Shown: piece by piece, positions 51,404 through 60,131 of the stretch
Layout: every line of letters starts with the position of its first letter
How positions within the stretch are numbered: the stretch's first letter is position 1
Assembly (NCBI GenBank): GCA_963822585.1
Contig: CAWGIE010000019.1
Coordinates: 64,001-128,000, forward strand
From: an uncultured bacterium
GTDB lineage: Bacteria; Auribacterota; Erginobacteria; Erginobacterales; Erginobacteraceae
Direction: 5' to 3'
Length of the DNA stretch: 64,000 nt
Position numbers and translations under genes: made by a program
The notes under the pieces: generated by a model
The model's input: only the letters and a program-made list of their open reading frames with translations
What the model was told of the DNA's origin: nothing
Databases searched by the model: none

Positions 51404-52915
51404 TCAGGTTGCCCGCCACGCCGCCGGTTTCTCGATCAGTGTTCCCAGCGACGCCTTGAACCGGAAAGAGCTGATGATATACTGGGTAACGGCGGCCAGG
51501 AGTCGGGTCTGGGCCTGGAGGAGTTCGCCCTCGGACTCGATCAGATCGAAGTTGTTGGCCAACCCGTGGGCAAATTTCACCCGGGACAGTTCCAGCTTCC
51601 CTTCCGCCTGGCGGATCTGATCCTCCTGGATGGAGATGGTCCGGGCCGCCTTCTTGAGGTTCCTCAGCTCCATCAGGACCTCCCGCTGGACATCGTCAAG
51701 AAGCTCGGCCAGGTTCCTTTCCTGAATCTGTACCGAGAGGAGGCTCTTCTCATACTCCGCCTTCTCCCGGGTCCGCCAGATATCGCCTTCCGCGGCCAGA
51801 CCCACCCCCCACCTCTCCCTGTCGAAGCTGGCCGACCGGCCGAAGTCCTCGTCTTCTCCATACCGCCGGTAGCTTAGTTCCAGGTCAAGAGCGGGAAGAA
51901 TGCCGTGCTCGGCGTCGCGGGATCTCCGTTTCGCTTCCTCGATGTTGTCGCGGGCCTGGTCGATCTCGACCCGGTGGGAGAGGGCGATCCTGACCGCTTC
52001 CCCCTCATCCGGATCGATCGTTTTATACTCCAGGGGGGCGGTCACCTCCATCTTCGTCTCCATGCCCAGGGCCAGGAGGATCTTCAGGTTATCAAGGGCA
52101 TCCAGGTATGACTCCCGCGAGACGGCCAGAGTCTCGCGCGCCTGATTGAGCTGGATGTCCGCCCGGTAGACATCGATGGGGGAGGCCAGGCCGATTTTCT
52201 CCTTGCTCCGGGCGGCGGCGGCGTACCCCTCCAGTCTCGCCTCCGACTCATCGTTCAGGCGGAGAATGTCCCGGAGGCGGACCACATCGTACACGTTTTG
52301 AATCGCTCGGAGCATAATATTGACCCGGGCCAGGTAGAGAGACCGCCGCGAGGTCCGTTCGGCGAACTCGGCCGACAAAACCCCGGCCAGGTTGTACTCC
52401 GGGCTCAGCCCCCGGAGCAGCGGCTGGACCAGGAAAGTATCGACCGCCGTCTCGTACTGCACCGTCCCGGTGTCGCGGCGGGTCACCCGGGGCGTGACAT
52501 ACACCCTGGTGCCGGTGGAAAATTTTTTCGAGATCCCGACGCCGAACTGCTGGCTGTCGTAGTTGTCCTGTCCGCTCTCTCCCGACGCCCGGACCAGACC
52601 GGCCGGGGTGATCTTCACCTCGAAGTCCGAATCGGCCGCCGCCAGCGTATACTGGGAGATGGCGACCGTGTCCAGGGCGTCCGCCAGGCTCCGGTTCCGC
52701 TGCAGGGCCAGTTTGATCGTCTCTTCCAGGTTCAACCGGATGGTCTCTTGGGCGACTTCCCGGTCGACCTCCCCGGATATATCGGGCGCATTCGGGACCA
52801 AACCGGCCAGCATCATCTCTCCGGGGGGATAAGCGTCTCCGGGCTCTGCTCCCGCACAGTGCGGCCAAAAGAAACAGAAATAAAGCAGAACAAGCGCTAT
52901 AGCTATTTTAATCAT
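51404..52915 (-). CDS. TolC-family outer-membrane efflux protein
   Basis: Signal peptide, LNLEETIKLALQRN, QPLLRG, duplicated OEP helices. Confidence 0.9.
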   Translation of the reverse strand: MIKIAIALVLLYFCFFWPHCAGAEPGDAYPPGEMMLAGLVPNAPDISGEVDREVAQETIRLNLEETIKLALQRNRSLADALDTVAISQYTLAAADSDFEVKITPAGLVRASGESGQDNYDSQQFGVGISKKFSTGTRVYVTPRVTRRDTGTVQYETAVDTFLVQPLLRGLSPEYNLAGVLSAEFAERTSRRSLYLARVNIMLRAIQNVYDVVRLRDILRLNDESEARLEGYAAAARSKEKIGLASPIDVYRADIQLNQARETLAVSRESYLDALDNLKILLALGMETKMEVTAPLEYKTIDPDEGEAVRIALSHRVEIDQARDNIEEAKRRSRDAEHGILPALDLELSYRRYGEDEDFGRSASFDRERWGVGLAAEGDIWRTREKAEYEKSLLSVQIQERNLAELLDDVQREVLMELRNLKKAARTISIQEDQIRQAEGKLELSRVKFAHGLANNFDLIESEGELLQAQTRLLAAVTQYIISSFRFKASLGTLIEKPAAWRAT

Positions 52916-52937
52916 TATAGACTTTGTTTACTTTTAA

Positions 52938-53099
52938 GGTTCTCTTCCATTTTACTTGGGCGGTTATCATACTCAAAAAGTGCGGCTCATTACATTCTGG
53001 AGCTATTTTGGAGCGCATTGACCGTGTCAAGGCATGCAGCGACATGGTCGCTGCACTCCATAAGAACCATAATGTACCCACACAAAATGGAAGAGAACC
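52938..53099. mobile_element. 162-bp MITE, copy 2
   Basis: Same TIRs; different 8-bp direct repeat ACTTTTAA on both sides. Confidence 0.92.
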
Positions 53100-53103
53100 A
53101 CTT

Positions 53104-53149
53104 TTAATTATCTTCACGCCCGCCGCATGGCGGGCGTGAAGATAATTAA
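53104..53149. repeat. 21-bp-arm hairpin overlapping a stop codon
   Basis: TTAATTATCTTCACGCCCGCC-gcat-reverse complement. Confidence 0.85.
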
Positions 53150-54339
53150 GGGCAGTAGACCGTGAACGTCCAGGCGGTTCCCGTGCCGCCGGCGCAGTTC
53201 GGCTGGACCGAGACGGTGACGTTGTTCGAGCTGCCGGAATAACTGATGTACTGCGTTCCGCTCGCTCCCACGCAACCGGTATCGAAAAGCGTCGCCCCTT
53301 CATAGGTGACGGTTATCCGGTCCTGCTGCGCGTATGTGTCGTAGTCGAACCGGAAGGTCCCCGAGGACTGCCCCATCGCGTAGGTGTGGGTCTCGGGCGC
53401 GTCGCCCCCCGCCTGGGTGGTGGTATTGCAGGGCTCCCCTCCTCCTCCGCCGTCGCCTCCCCCGCCGCCACCGCCCGCCGCGATCGCCCCTGCCGTCCCC
53501 CCGGCTACCACCACCCCTCCGATCACCCAGGGCCAGGGACCGCTCCAGAATCCCCCGCCGCCCCCCGCCGCCGGCGGCGCGGTGGGCGGCTGGCTCCAGG
53601 CCGCCTGTTCCATCGCGTCGATCGAGGCGGTCGACTCACCCGCCGCGCCCTGGGCGCTGCTCGCCACCGCCATCTGCTTCGCCTGCGCGGCGTAGTTGAG
53701 GATGTCGGGGACCTGCTCCACCGTTACCTTGTCGAAGAACCCTTCCATCTGGGCAAGTTCTTTCGGAAGCTCGGTCTTCACCCTGATCGGATTTTTGTCG
53801 TCGGCCGTCTGCCAGTCCGGTATGTCGTCCTTGTACTTGTCGATAATCTGTTTCTTGAAGGCCTGGTACTTCTCCGCCGCTTCCTGATATTGATCGAGCC
53901 GGATCTCATAGACCTCCCCCTGGTCTTTCCAGACCGCCGCCTCCCGGGTCGGCTCTTCCGCCAAGGTATAGAGCGGGCTCCGGGTCACCTTCTTCGAGTT
54001 GTTGATGACCACGAAGAGGTACTCCACGTTCTCGGAGTTGACCCAGGGAGCCGGGAGTTGGGCCTGATAAACGCCGTTCCCCATGTCGGTCATATCCACG
54101 AAGACATAGTTCTTGTCATTCTTGGTCTTGAAGTAGCAGCGGGCCAGGCGCACCCCGGCATCATCCTCTATATCGGCGTAGAGGTTGACCCGGAAACCCG
54201 GGTAATAATCCCCCGGCGGGGAGTGGTCAATCTCCGAGGGACCCGGCTCGGCCGCCAGAACCAACAGGTGGCAGGGGGCGAAGAGAAAACCGGAGAGCAC
54301 AACCGCCAGCACCTTCACTTGCAGTGGAAACTTTTTCAT
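53146..54339 (-). CDS. Exported hypothetical protein with Ig-like N-domain, Gly-rich hydrophobic segment and Cys-containing C-domain
   Basis: RBS GGAGG, signal peptide, WPWVIGGVVVAGG, poly-G, C..DTGCV..C..YCP. Confidence 0.75.
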   Translation of the reverse strand: MKKFPLQVKVLAVVLSGFLFAPCHLLVLAAEPGPSEIDHSPPGDYYPGFRVNLYADIEDDAGVRLARCYFKTKNDKNYVFVDMTDMGNGVYQAQLPAPWVNSENVEYLFVVINNSKKVTRSPLYTLAEEPTREAAVWKDQGEVYEIRLDQYQEAAEKYQAFKKQIIDKYKDDIPDWQTADDKNPIRVKTELPKELAQMEGFFDKVTVEQVPDILNYAAQAKQMAVASSAQGAAGESTASIDAMEQAAWSQPPTAPPAAGGGGGFWSGPWPWVIGGVVVAGGTAGAIAAGGGGGGGDGGGGGEPCNTTTQAGGDAPETHTYAMGQSSGTFRFDYDTYAQQDRITVTYEGATLFDTGCVGASGTQYISYSGSSNNVTVSVQPNCAGGTGTAWTFTVYCP

Positions 54340-54463
54340 ACCGCAACCTCCTTTCGCATCATCAGACGCGGTTAAAAAAGTTGTATTACAACTTCCTTCG
54401 TGTTCGGAGTCGGCCCCGCGATGAACGAAGTTCATTTTGCGGGGTGTCCTTCGCGGTTAATAA

Positions 54464-55192
54464 TCATTCGAAGTGTTTGAAGTGCTGCCGCGGTATTGTC
54501 TTGCAGAGAGTGATGACCGCCCGGTAGATGCAGTCCCGGATCGCCAGCTCCAGGGGCGTTTTGGCGAACGCCTTCAGCTCCACCGGCAGTTCCCCGTAGC
54601 CCGAGCCGAATTCCCCCTTCCCGCCGTGGGCCGTCCCTTCGACCGTGCTGGCCGCGATCACCCTGCCCGTGGCCGAATCGACCACCCGGATCTCGATCGT
54701 CACCGTGTCCGCCTTGTAGGTGCCGCCCATCTTCAGCGGCACGGCGGGAAGCTTGAAATAGAGGCCGCCTCCCGTTGTCTTGATGGCGATCACCGCACCG
54801 TAAACCATGATCTCGGCCGGGTCCATGTTGCTCTGGGCCAGGATGGCGTCCGGATCGGAAAGAAAGGAGTCGGAAAGGAGCTGCTCGGCGGTGATCCCGT
54901 CCATGTCCGACCGGTCGACCACGATGAAATAGTTGGACTCGAAGAGCGCCGTCATCAGCATGGCGCGGAGCCCGTCCCCGATCTCCCCCGGGGCGCCCCG
55001 AACCTCGACCGTGAACCGTCCGATCCCCACCACCGCCTTCGGCCCCCGGTATGCCTTCCCGATCGGTATATCCTCGTAATCATCGTCATCATCCCCGAAA
55101 ACCGGGGGAGAAACGATAAACACTAATATTGCCACAACGATGACAGATACCCATGTCCCCGGAATATCAATTATTTTTGTCCGGAATCTCAT
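54464..55192 (-). CDS. CsgG/HfaB-family protein (no lipobox)
   Basis: GDGLRAMLMTALFES.YF.VVDR, EQ.L, IEIRVVD..TG; paralogous to 58231-58962. Confidence 0.82.
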   Translation of the reverse strand: MRFRTKIIDIPGTWVSVIVVAILVFIVSPPVFGDDDDDYEDIPIGKAYRGPKAVVGIGRFTVEVRGAPGEIGDGLRAMLMTALFESNYFIVVDRSDMDGITAEQLLSDSFLSDPDAILAQSNMDPAEIMVYGAVIAIKTTGGGLYFKLPAVPLKMGGTYKADTVTIEIRVVDSATGRVIAASTVEGTAHGGKGEFGSGYGELPVELKAFAKTPLELAIRDCIYRAVITLCKTIPRQHFKHFE

Positions 55193-55212
55193 AATTGAAA
55201 CACGCTAATCAA

Positions 55213-55357
55213 AACCACGAAGGACACGAGCCGAATGTAGTGAGACGGGCCCCGCTTTAGCGGGGCAAGGAGCGAAGCGACTGACCAACATCACGAAGAT
55301 TTCTAAGATGAAATGGAACCTGTTATTCTCTCAATATTCTTCGTGTCCTTCGTGGTT
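55213..55357. repeat. Inverted nonamer cassette
   Basis: AACCACGAAGGACACGA...CTTCGTGTCCTTCGTGGTT; same family at 51234-51356 and 58078-58223. Confidence 0.8.
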
Positions 55358-55383
55358 AATTACGTTCTTGCCGATACTGAATT

Positions 55384-56211
55384 CTATTCCACCCGGATCG
55401 CCCACTTCATTGGGTCCAACAATCCCTGCCGATCGGCATCGATCTGGAGAAAGAGAACCCCGTTTCTCAAGGTACCGGAAACGTTCCGGCGGAACCGGCT
55501 CTCCCCGGATTCGTCCCTGACCGTGTCCCGGCATTCCCCGCTCAGCGTCCCCCCTTTCTCGTCACCCCGGAAGCTCCCGCTGATCGCGGCCCGGACCTCG
55601 ACCGGGGGGGAGAAGCAGCAGCTCCGGTTTGACTGGGGGCAATCCCTGTTCGACTTCCCATCGGCATCAAGCCGGAAACTCCCTCCCGCGATCTCGACCG
55701 TGACCGTGGCTTTCAAGTCGATGTTGCAGTAGACGACTTGTTCGCTGCCGGTCAGTTCCCCGGACGGAGCGGCGGGACCGCTGCCGCCTTTGTTCTTCTC
55801 TTCGTTCGAGGTCTGTTTACCCGGCGATGATCCCCCGCCGGAGGAAGATTCCCCTCCCGGGGGCGGATTTACTCCTGCCGGCGGTTTATTATAGGCGCCG
55901 GGGTCGTCCCGGATATTTTTCAGGTGCTCTTCGAACGCCTCCCGCGGTGCGAGGTGGTCTATCCTGTCGGCGGCGTCATCCAGAGCGGTGGCGGAGCGGT
56001 CCCGTTGGGCCTGCTCCCGGTCGGCGCTCCGCCCGCTCAACATCTCCAGTATCCGCTGCGACTTCTCGCTGGCGAAGGGGTTGATTTCACCGGGGTTCCC
56101 CCGTTGAGCGGACACGGGGGTGGGCTCTTTCACCGGGGGCGCTATACCCTGGGCAAAGACGCTGGCACCCCAGACAAATAACCCTGCTCCCAGAAGCGCA
56201 AGCCTTCTCAT
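55384..56211 (-). CDS. Exported hypothetical protein
   Basis: Signal peptide; NPFA motif shared with the upstream gene; Cys-rich beta C-domain. Confidence 0.7.
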   Translation of the reverse strand: MRRLALLGAGLFVWGASVFAQGIAPPVKEPTPVSAQRGNPGEINPFASEKSQRILEMLSGRSADREQAQRDRSATALDDAADRIDHLAPREAFEEHLKNIRDDPGAYNKPPAGVNPPPGGESSSGGGSSPGKQTSNEEKNKGGSGPAAPSGELTGSEQVVYCNIDLKATVTVEIAGGSFRLDADGKSNRDCPQSNRSCCFSPPVEVRAAISGSFRGDEKGGTLSGECRDTVRDESGESRFRRNVSGTLRNGVLFLQIDADRQGLLDPMKWAIRVE

Positions 56212-56223
56212 TTCACCACGGGA

Positions 56224-58056
56224 TCATTGCCCCCCGTAGGTTATGCTCATGTCCGCTTTCTGGCCCGATTTGATCGAATAAACCTGGACCGGCTTGCCCG
56301 TGGTCACGTCCGAGAACTGGACCGAGGCCGTGTTCGGCGAGATGCTCCCCTCGTTCACTGCCCGCACGCCGAAGACCGCGCTGCTGTCGTTGATCTCGAT
56401 TGTCATCGACTGTGGCGCCTTGGTGAGCACGATACCTCCCCGGAGCACCTGCCCGTTCAGCGTGATGTCGATGATGTCCCCGTCTTCCGTCCCGTGGTCC
56501 CAGAAGGTCACCGTGATCGTCCGCTTGCTCACCGTCACGTTGGTGAGGCCCGACGACGGCTGGAAGGGCGTCTTCGCCGGCTGGGGCGGCGTGGCCGGCG
56601 GCGGGGTCTTCGCCGGCGCCGCCGTTGGCCCCGCCTTGGCGGTCGGAACCGGCGTCGCCGGAGGCGGCGGTGTCGTCCGCACCCACTGGATCGTGCTCCG
56701 GATGCTGCTTACCAGCGTCCCCTGGGTGTACGTCCGGGGGCCCCGGGCGATCACCGAATCGCCGTCGGTATTGCCCTGGGTGACAACATTGTCGGTACGG
56801 TTCTGCTCGTTATTCGTCACGTCGTCTATGTATCCCTGGCTGCCGGGCTCTGCGAACGGGTTCTCGTTCGACGGAGGTGTCGCCGAGGGGGGCTCAGGAG
56901 TCGCCGGGATCGGGGTTGTCGGAGGAGGGGTGGCCGGGATCGGGGTAGCGGCCGGAATCGGCGGTGTCGAGGTCAGCCATCCTACCTGTGGCGTCGGTCC
57001 TCCGGCAGGCGTCGGTCCGGCCGGGGGAGGTGCCGGGGTTATGGTCGCCGGAGGAAGGGGCGTTGTCGGCGGCGGGGTCGGCGGAATCGTGGGTGGAGGA
57101 GTAGGCGCTATCGTCGGCGGCGGTGTGGGAGGAACGGTCGGTGGAGGAGTAGGGGGAATCGTGGGCGGCGGTGTGGGAGGAACGGTCGGGGGGGGAGTCG
57201 GTGGAACCGTGGGCGGTGGGGTCGGGGGCGCAGTCGGAGGTATGGTCGGCGGGGGCGGAGGCGCTGTGGGTGCGGAGCCGGGTGCCGGCCGGGTCGGACG
57301 CGGGCGCGGGGTCCGGGCCGGAGGGGCCGTCGGGCGAGGCGTGGCCGTCGGAATCGGCGTGCAGCCGCAGCAGTAGAGGTTGCCCCCATAGCGGCTCAGC
57401 TTGCTCATCGAAGAATCGGCCGCCTCCCAGTTCACGTACGGCCCTCCCAGGGTCGGGTCCACCTCCCAGCCCTCCCGGGCGCCGATACCGGTCACCCAGG
57501 CCGTTCCGGAGGCGTCGATATAGGCCCGCGCGTTGGCTCCGGTCACGTCCACCAGGTAGAACTCATAGCAGTTGGGGCGGCCGGCGAACTCGGGTTTGCG
57601 GAGGATCACGTACTTGGTCCCGCCGGGGCCGAGGGCGCCTACGGTGGTCTGGGGGCCGAGCGGGATTCGGGGCGGCAGTGTCACGGGAGGGGAGTCGGGG
57701 AAGCACCCGTAAAAATCCTTCCCGTAGGGTGAAAGGAAGTTCATAAAGGAGTCAGCCGCTTCCCAGTTGACAAAAAGGCCGACGCCGGGCGGGTGGGCGT
57801 TCGGGTCCACTGCCCACCCCTGGCTGGTGGCGTAAGCGGTGGCAGTGGCGGTGGCGGCGTCGCCGGAGCACATCTTCGTGGGGCCGGTATTAGTACAGTC
57901 GGCCAGGAAGAACTCATAGCAGGGGGCGCCTCCGAAAGCCGGAATGGGTCGGCGGAGGATGCAGTACCGGGGCACCTGCGCGTGGACAGCGGTGGTGAAA
58001 ACAGCGATGATGGCGAGCAACAATATTGCTATGGGGAGACAGTGCCGTCTATGCAT
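56224..58056 (-). CDS. Secreted Pro/Thr-rich protein with duplicated N-domain and C-terminal beta domain
   Basis: Signal peptide AVHA; ILR.P..CYEF..GW.VDP..VNWEAADS twice; (PPTPPPTV/I)n; WDHGTEDGDII. Confidence 0.8.
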   Translation of the reverse strand: MHRRHCLPIAILLLAIIAVFTTAVHAQVPRYCILRRPIPAFGGAPCYEFFLADCTNTGPTKMCSGDAATATATAYATSQGWAVDPNAHPPGVGLFVNWEAADSFMNFLSPYGKDFYGCFPDSPPVTLPPRIPLGPQTTVGALGPGGTKYVILRKPEFAGRPNCYEFYLVDVTGANARAYIDASGTAWVTGIGAREGWEVDPTLGGPYVNWEAADSSMSKLSRYGGNLYCCGCTPIPTATPRPTAPPARTPRPRPTRPAPGSAPTAPPPPPTIPPTAPPTPPPTVPPTPPPTVPPTPPPTIPPTPPPTVPPTPPPTIAPTPPPTIPPTPPPTTPLPPATITPAPPPAGPTPAGGPTPQVGWLTSTPPIPAATPIPATPPPTTPIPATPEPPSATPPSNENPFAEPGSQGYIDDVTNNEQNRTDNVVTQGNTDGDSVIARGPRTYTQGTLVSSIRSTIQWVRTTPPPPATPVPTAKAGPTAAPAKTPPPATPPQPAKTPFQPSSGLTNVTVSKRTITVTFWDHGTEDGDIIDITLNGQVLRGGIVLTKAPQSMTIEINDSSAVFGVRAVNEGSISPNTASVQFSDVTTGKPVQVYSIKSGQKADMSITYGGQ

Positions 58057-58230
58057 AATGCCCTCCTTTTAGTAATTAACCACGAAGATCACCCCCAAAC
58101 GGTTATCCTGCGGGTCGGAGCAAGGACACGAAGAATAATTAATAAAATTACGATTCAGCTCGTTTTTGACAAATCTTCGTGATCACAGTCTACCCCGAAG
58201 AATGCGGGGTGACCTTCGTGGTTCTCTTCA

Positions 58231-58962
58231 TTAATATTTGAAATAGCGGGCCGGAATGTATTCGGTCATGTAAATGACCGAGCGGTAAATACAGTCGCGG
58301 ATCGCCAGCTCCATCGGGGTGTTGGCATAAGCCCCCAGGCTGATCGGGGTTTCCGACGTCCCCCCTCCCACCTTGAAGCCGCCGGTCGCCTGGCCGGAAG
58401 CGGCGTCGCCCTTGATCCGCCGGGCCGCCACCAACCGCCCGGTGGCGGCGTCCACCACCCGGACGTCGATCGCCATGTGGGCGACCTTCCCATCCACGCC
58501 GGCCGTAGCCGGCATCTTGTCCATCTCCGCCTGAACGCCGGCCCCCATCGCTTCGTCCTCGAACTCGCTCACCGTTCCATAGACGAGAAGCTCGGCCACG
58601 TCCAGCTGACGGCCCAGCTTGGGGGCGTCGGGGCGGGCCAGCTTGGTGTAGCTGAGTTTCTGCTCGGCGGTCAGGCCGCTCATGTCCAGCCGGTCGAGAA
58701 CGTTGAACCGTTTCGACTCGAAGAGCGCCGTCTCCATCATTTCCCGCAGGGCGTCGCCGATCCAGAGGGTGGCGCCCCGGGCCTTGACGGTAAAATCACC
58801 CACCGCGACATTGGCCCGGCCGCCCTCGTACTTCATGTCCAGATGATCGGGGACGGGCTCATCCTCGGCAAAGGTGGTTATCTTCCCGGAAGAGCACCCG
58901 CCGAGGATCAGCAAAGAACCGAGAAGAGCGGACCATGATACGGAGCAATAAACACGTTTCAT
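58231..58962 (-). CDS. CsgG/HfaB-family lipoprotein
   Basis: Lipobox LGGC; M.ETALFES.RF.VLDR; GTVSEFE; AIDVRVVD..TG. Confidence 0.85.
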   Translation of the reverse strand: MKRVYCSVSWSALLGSLLILGGCSSGKITTFAEDEPVPDHLDMKYEGGRANVAVGDFTVKARGATLWIGDALREMMETALFESKRFNVLDRLDMSGLTAEQKLSYTKLARPDAPKLGRQLDVAELLVYGTVSEFEDEAMGAGVQAEMDKMPATAGVDGKVAHMAIDVRVVDAATGRLVAARRIKGDAASGQATGGFKVGGGTSETPISLGAYANTPMELAIRDCIYRSVIYMTEYIPARYFKY

Positions 58963-59419
58963 CACCAGCACTCCTTTTTAAATGATCTCCCCCCTCCACC
59001 TGCCAGCGGCGGATCCGTTTGGTCATCAGCCGCCAGTAGTTCCGGGGGAGGAACCGGTTGGAATAGTACGGTACGGGATACGGGGGGTAATAGAGGGGTG
59101 CGCAGAGTTCCGGCGGCGGGAGACGGTCCCTGTTTTTCGGGTCATCGAGCCAGCGGAGAAGTCTCTTCAGGTCCCGCGAGAGATAGCTTCCCCGGTAATA
59201 GCGGCGGCAGTTAAGCGCCCAGATATCGAGGGACCGGCGGAGGGCCGCGGCATCCTCCTGTCTCTGTTCCCTCTCGACGAAGGTCTTGATAACCTCTCGT
59301 CCGGCTTCACCCGGATAATCGTCTTCGGGAGCCGCAGCGGGGGTGAAAGAAAAATCGGCCGCCAGAATAGAGATCGCCCCAACGGCCGGAATCAGAATTC
59401 CCTTCAGCATTCCTGACAT
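58859..59419 (-). CDS. Exported hypothetical protein (true end probably ~58978)
   Basis: Signal-like N-terminus; overlap with the next gene suggests an indel in the C-run near 58990. Confidence 0.55.
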   Translation of the reverse strand: MSGMLKGILIPAVGAISILAADFSFTPAAAPEDDYPGEAGREVIKTFVEREQRQEDAAALRRSLDIWALNCRRYYRGSYLSRDLKRLLRWLDDPKNRDRLPPPELCAPLYYPPYPVPYYSNRFLPRNYWRLMTKRIRRWQVEGGDHLKRSAGDETCLLLRIMVRSSRFFADPRRVLFREDNHLCRG

Positions 59420-59597
59420 GGCGGTCGTCCTTTCGGCAGCGTGCCGGTTGATATTAATCAGTTCCCGGCTTTAAAGAAAGGGGGAAAGACTGATTTTTAA
59501 ATATTATCGCTTGAACCACACCGGTATTTGTACAATAATAAATAAATGAATTCCCGCTTTACGCTGAACGCGAAGCTTAAATAATAAGGAGATTGAT

Positions 59598-60119
59598 ATG
59601 AGACTGTCAAGAATATTTTACGGACTGGTTTTCCCGGCTGTCATCGCCGGCTGCGCGTCACCCCAGTTCACCTTCGACCGGCATTCGGAAGAGCTGGAGG
59701 ACATCGCCGTCAAGATGGAGGGTTTGGAGATCAGCCCCAGGGACAAGAATACCATCGACGGCGCCCAGGTTTACATTAAAAACCAGGCCGCCGAGACCAT
59801 ACTGATCGAATGGGCCCGTTCCTCCATCGCCATCGGGACCTATTCCACCATTCCCTTCCTGGAGGGTATGAAATACATGCGGGCGGGGGATCCGGAAAAG
59901 CTTCCCGAGACCCCGATCTACCCGGGAGGGGTCATCGCCCGCAAGATCTATTTCAGCCGGATGGAAGGAGAAGGCGAGGAAGACGAAGATTATCAGATCG
60001 TCGGCGCTGAGTTCCGGGAAGGTGAGCCGCAGGTCTTCGCCCTGACCCTGGCCGTGAAAAAGGGAGACACCCCTTTCCGCTTTTTCACCTTTAAGAAGAA
60101 GATAACCTTCCAGAAGTGA
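59598..60119 (+). CDS. Hypothetical lipoprotein
   Basis: RBS AAGGAG, lipobox IAGC. Confidence 0.75.
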   Translation: MRLSRIFYGLVFPAVIAGCASPQFTFDRHSEELEDIAVKMEGLEISPRDKNTIDGAQVYIKNQAAETILIEWARSSIAIGTYSTIPFLEGMKYMRAGDPEKLPETPIYPGGVIARKIYFSRMEGEGEEDEDYQIVGAEFREGEPQVFALTLAVKKGDTPFRFFTFKKKITFQK

Positions 60120-60131
60120 GACGGCCGGATC

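Noticed and set aside
56227..57732. Long plus-strand Arg/Gly- and Val/Gly-rich ORFs
   Set aside because: Antisense shadows of the Pro/Thr-rich gene in GC-rich DNA; the same applies to most overlapping ORFs in the track
54464..58962. Canonical curli operon
   Set aside because: No curlin-repeat subunits or CsgE/F-like ORFs
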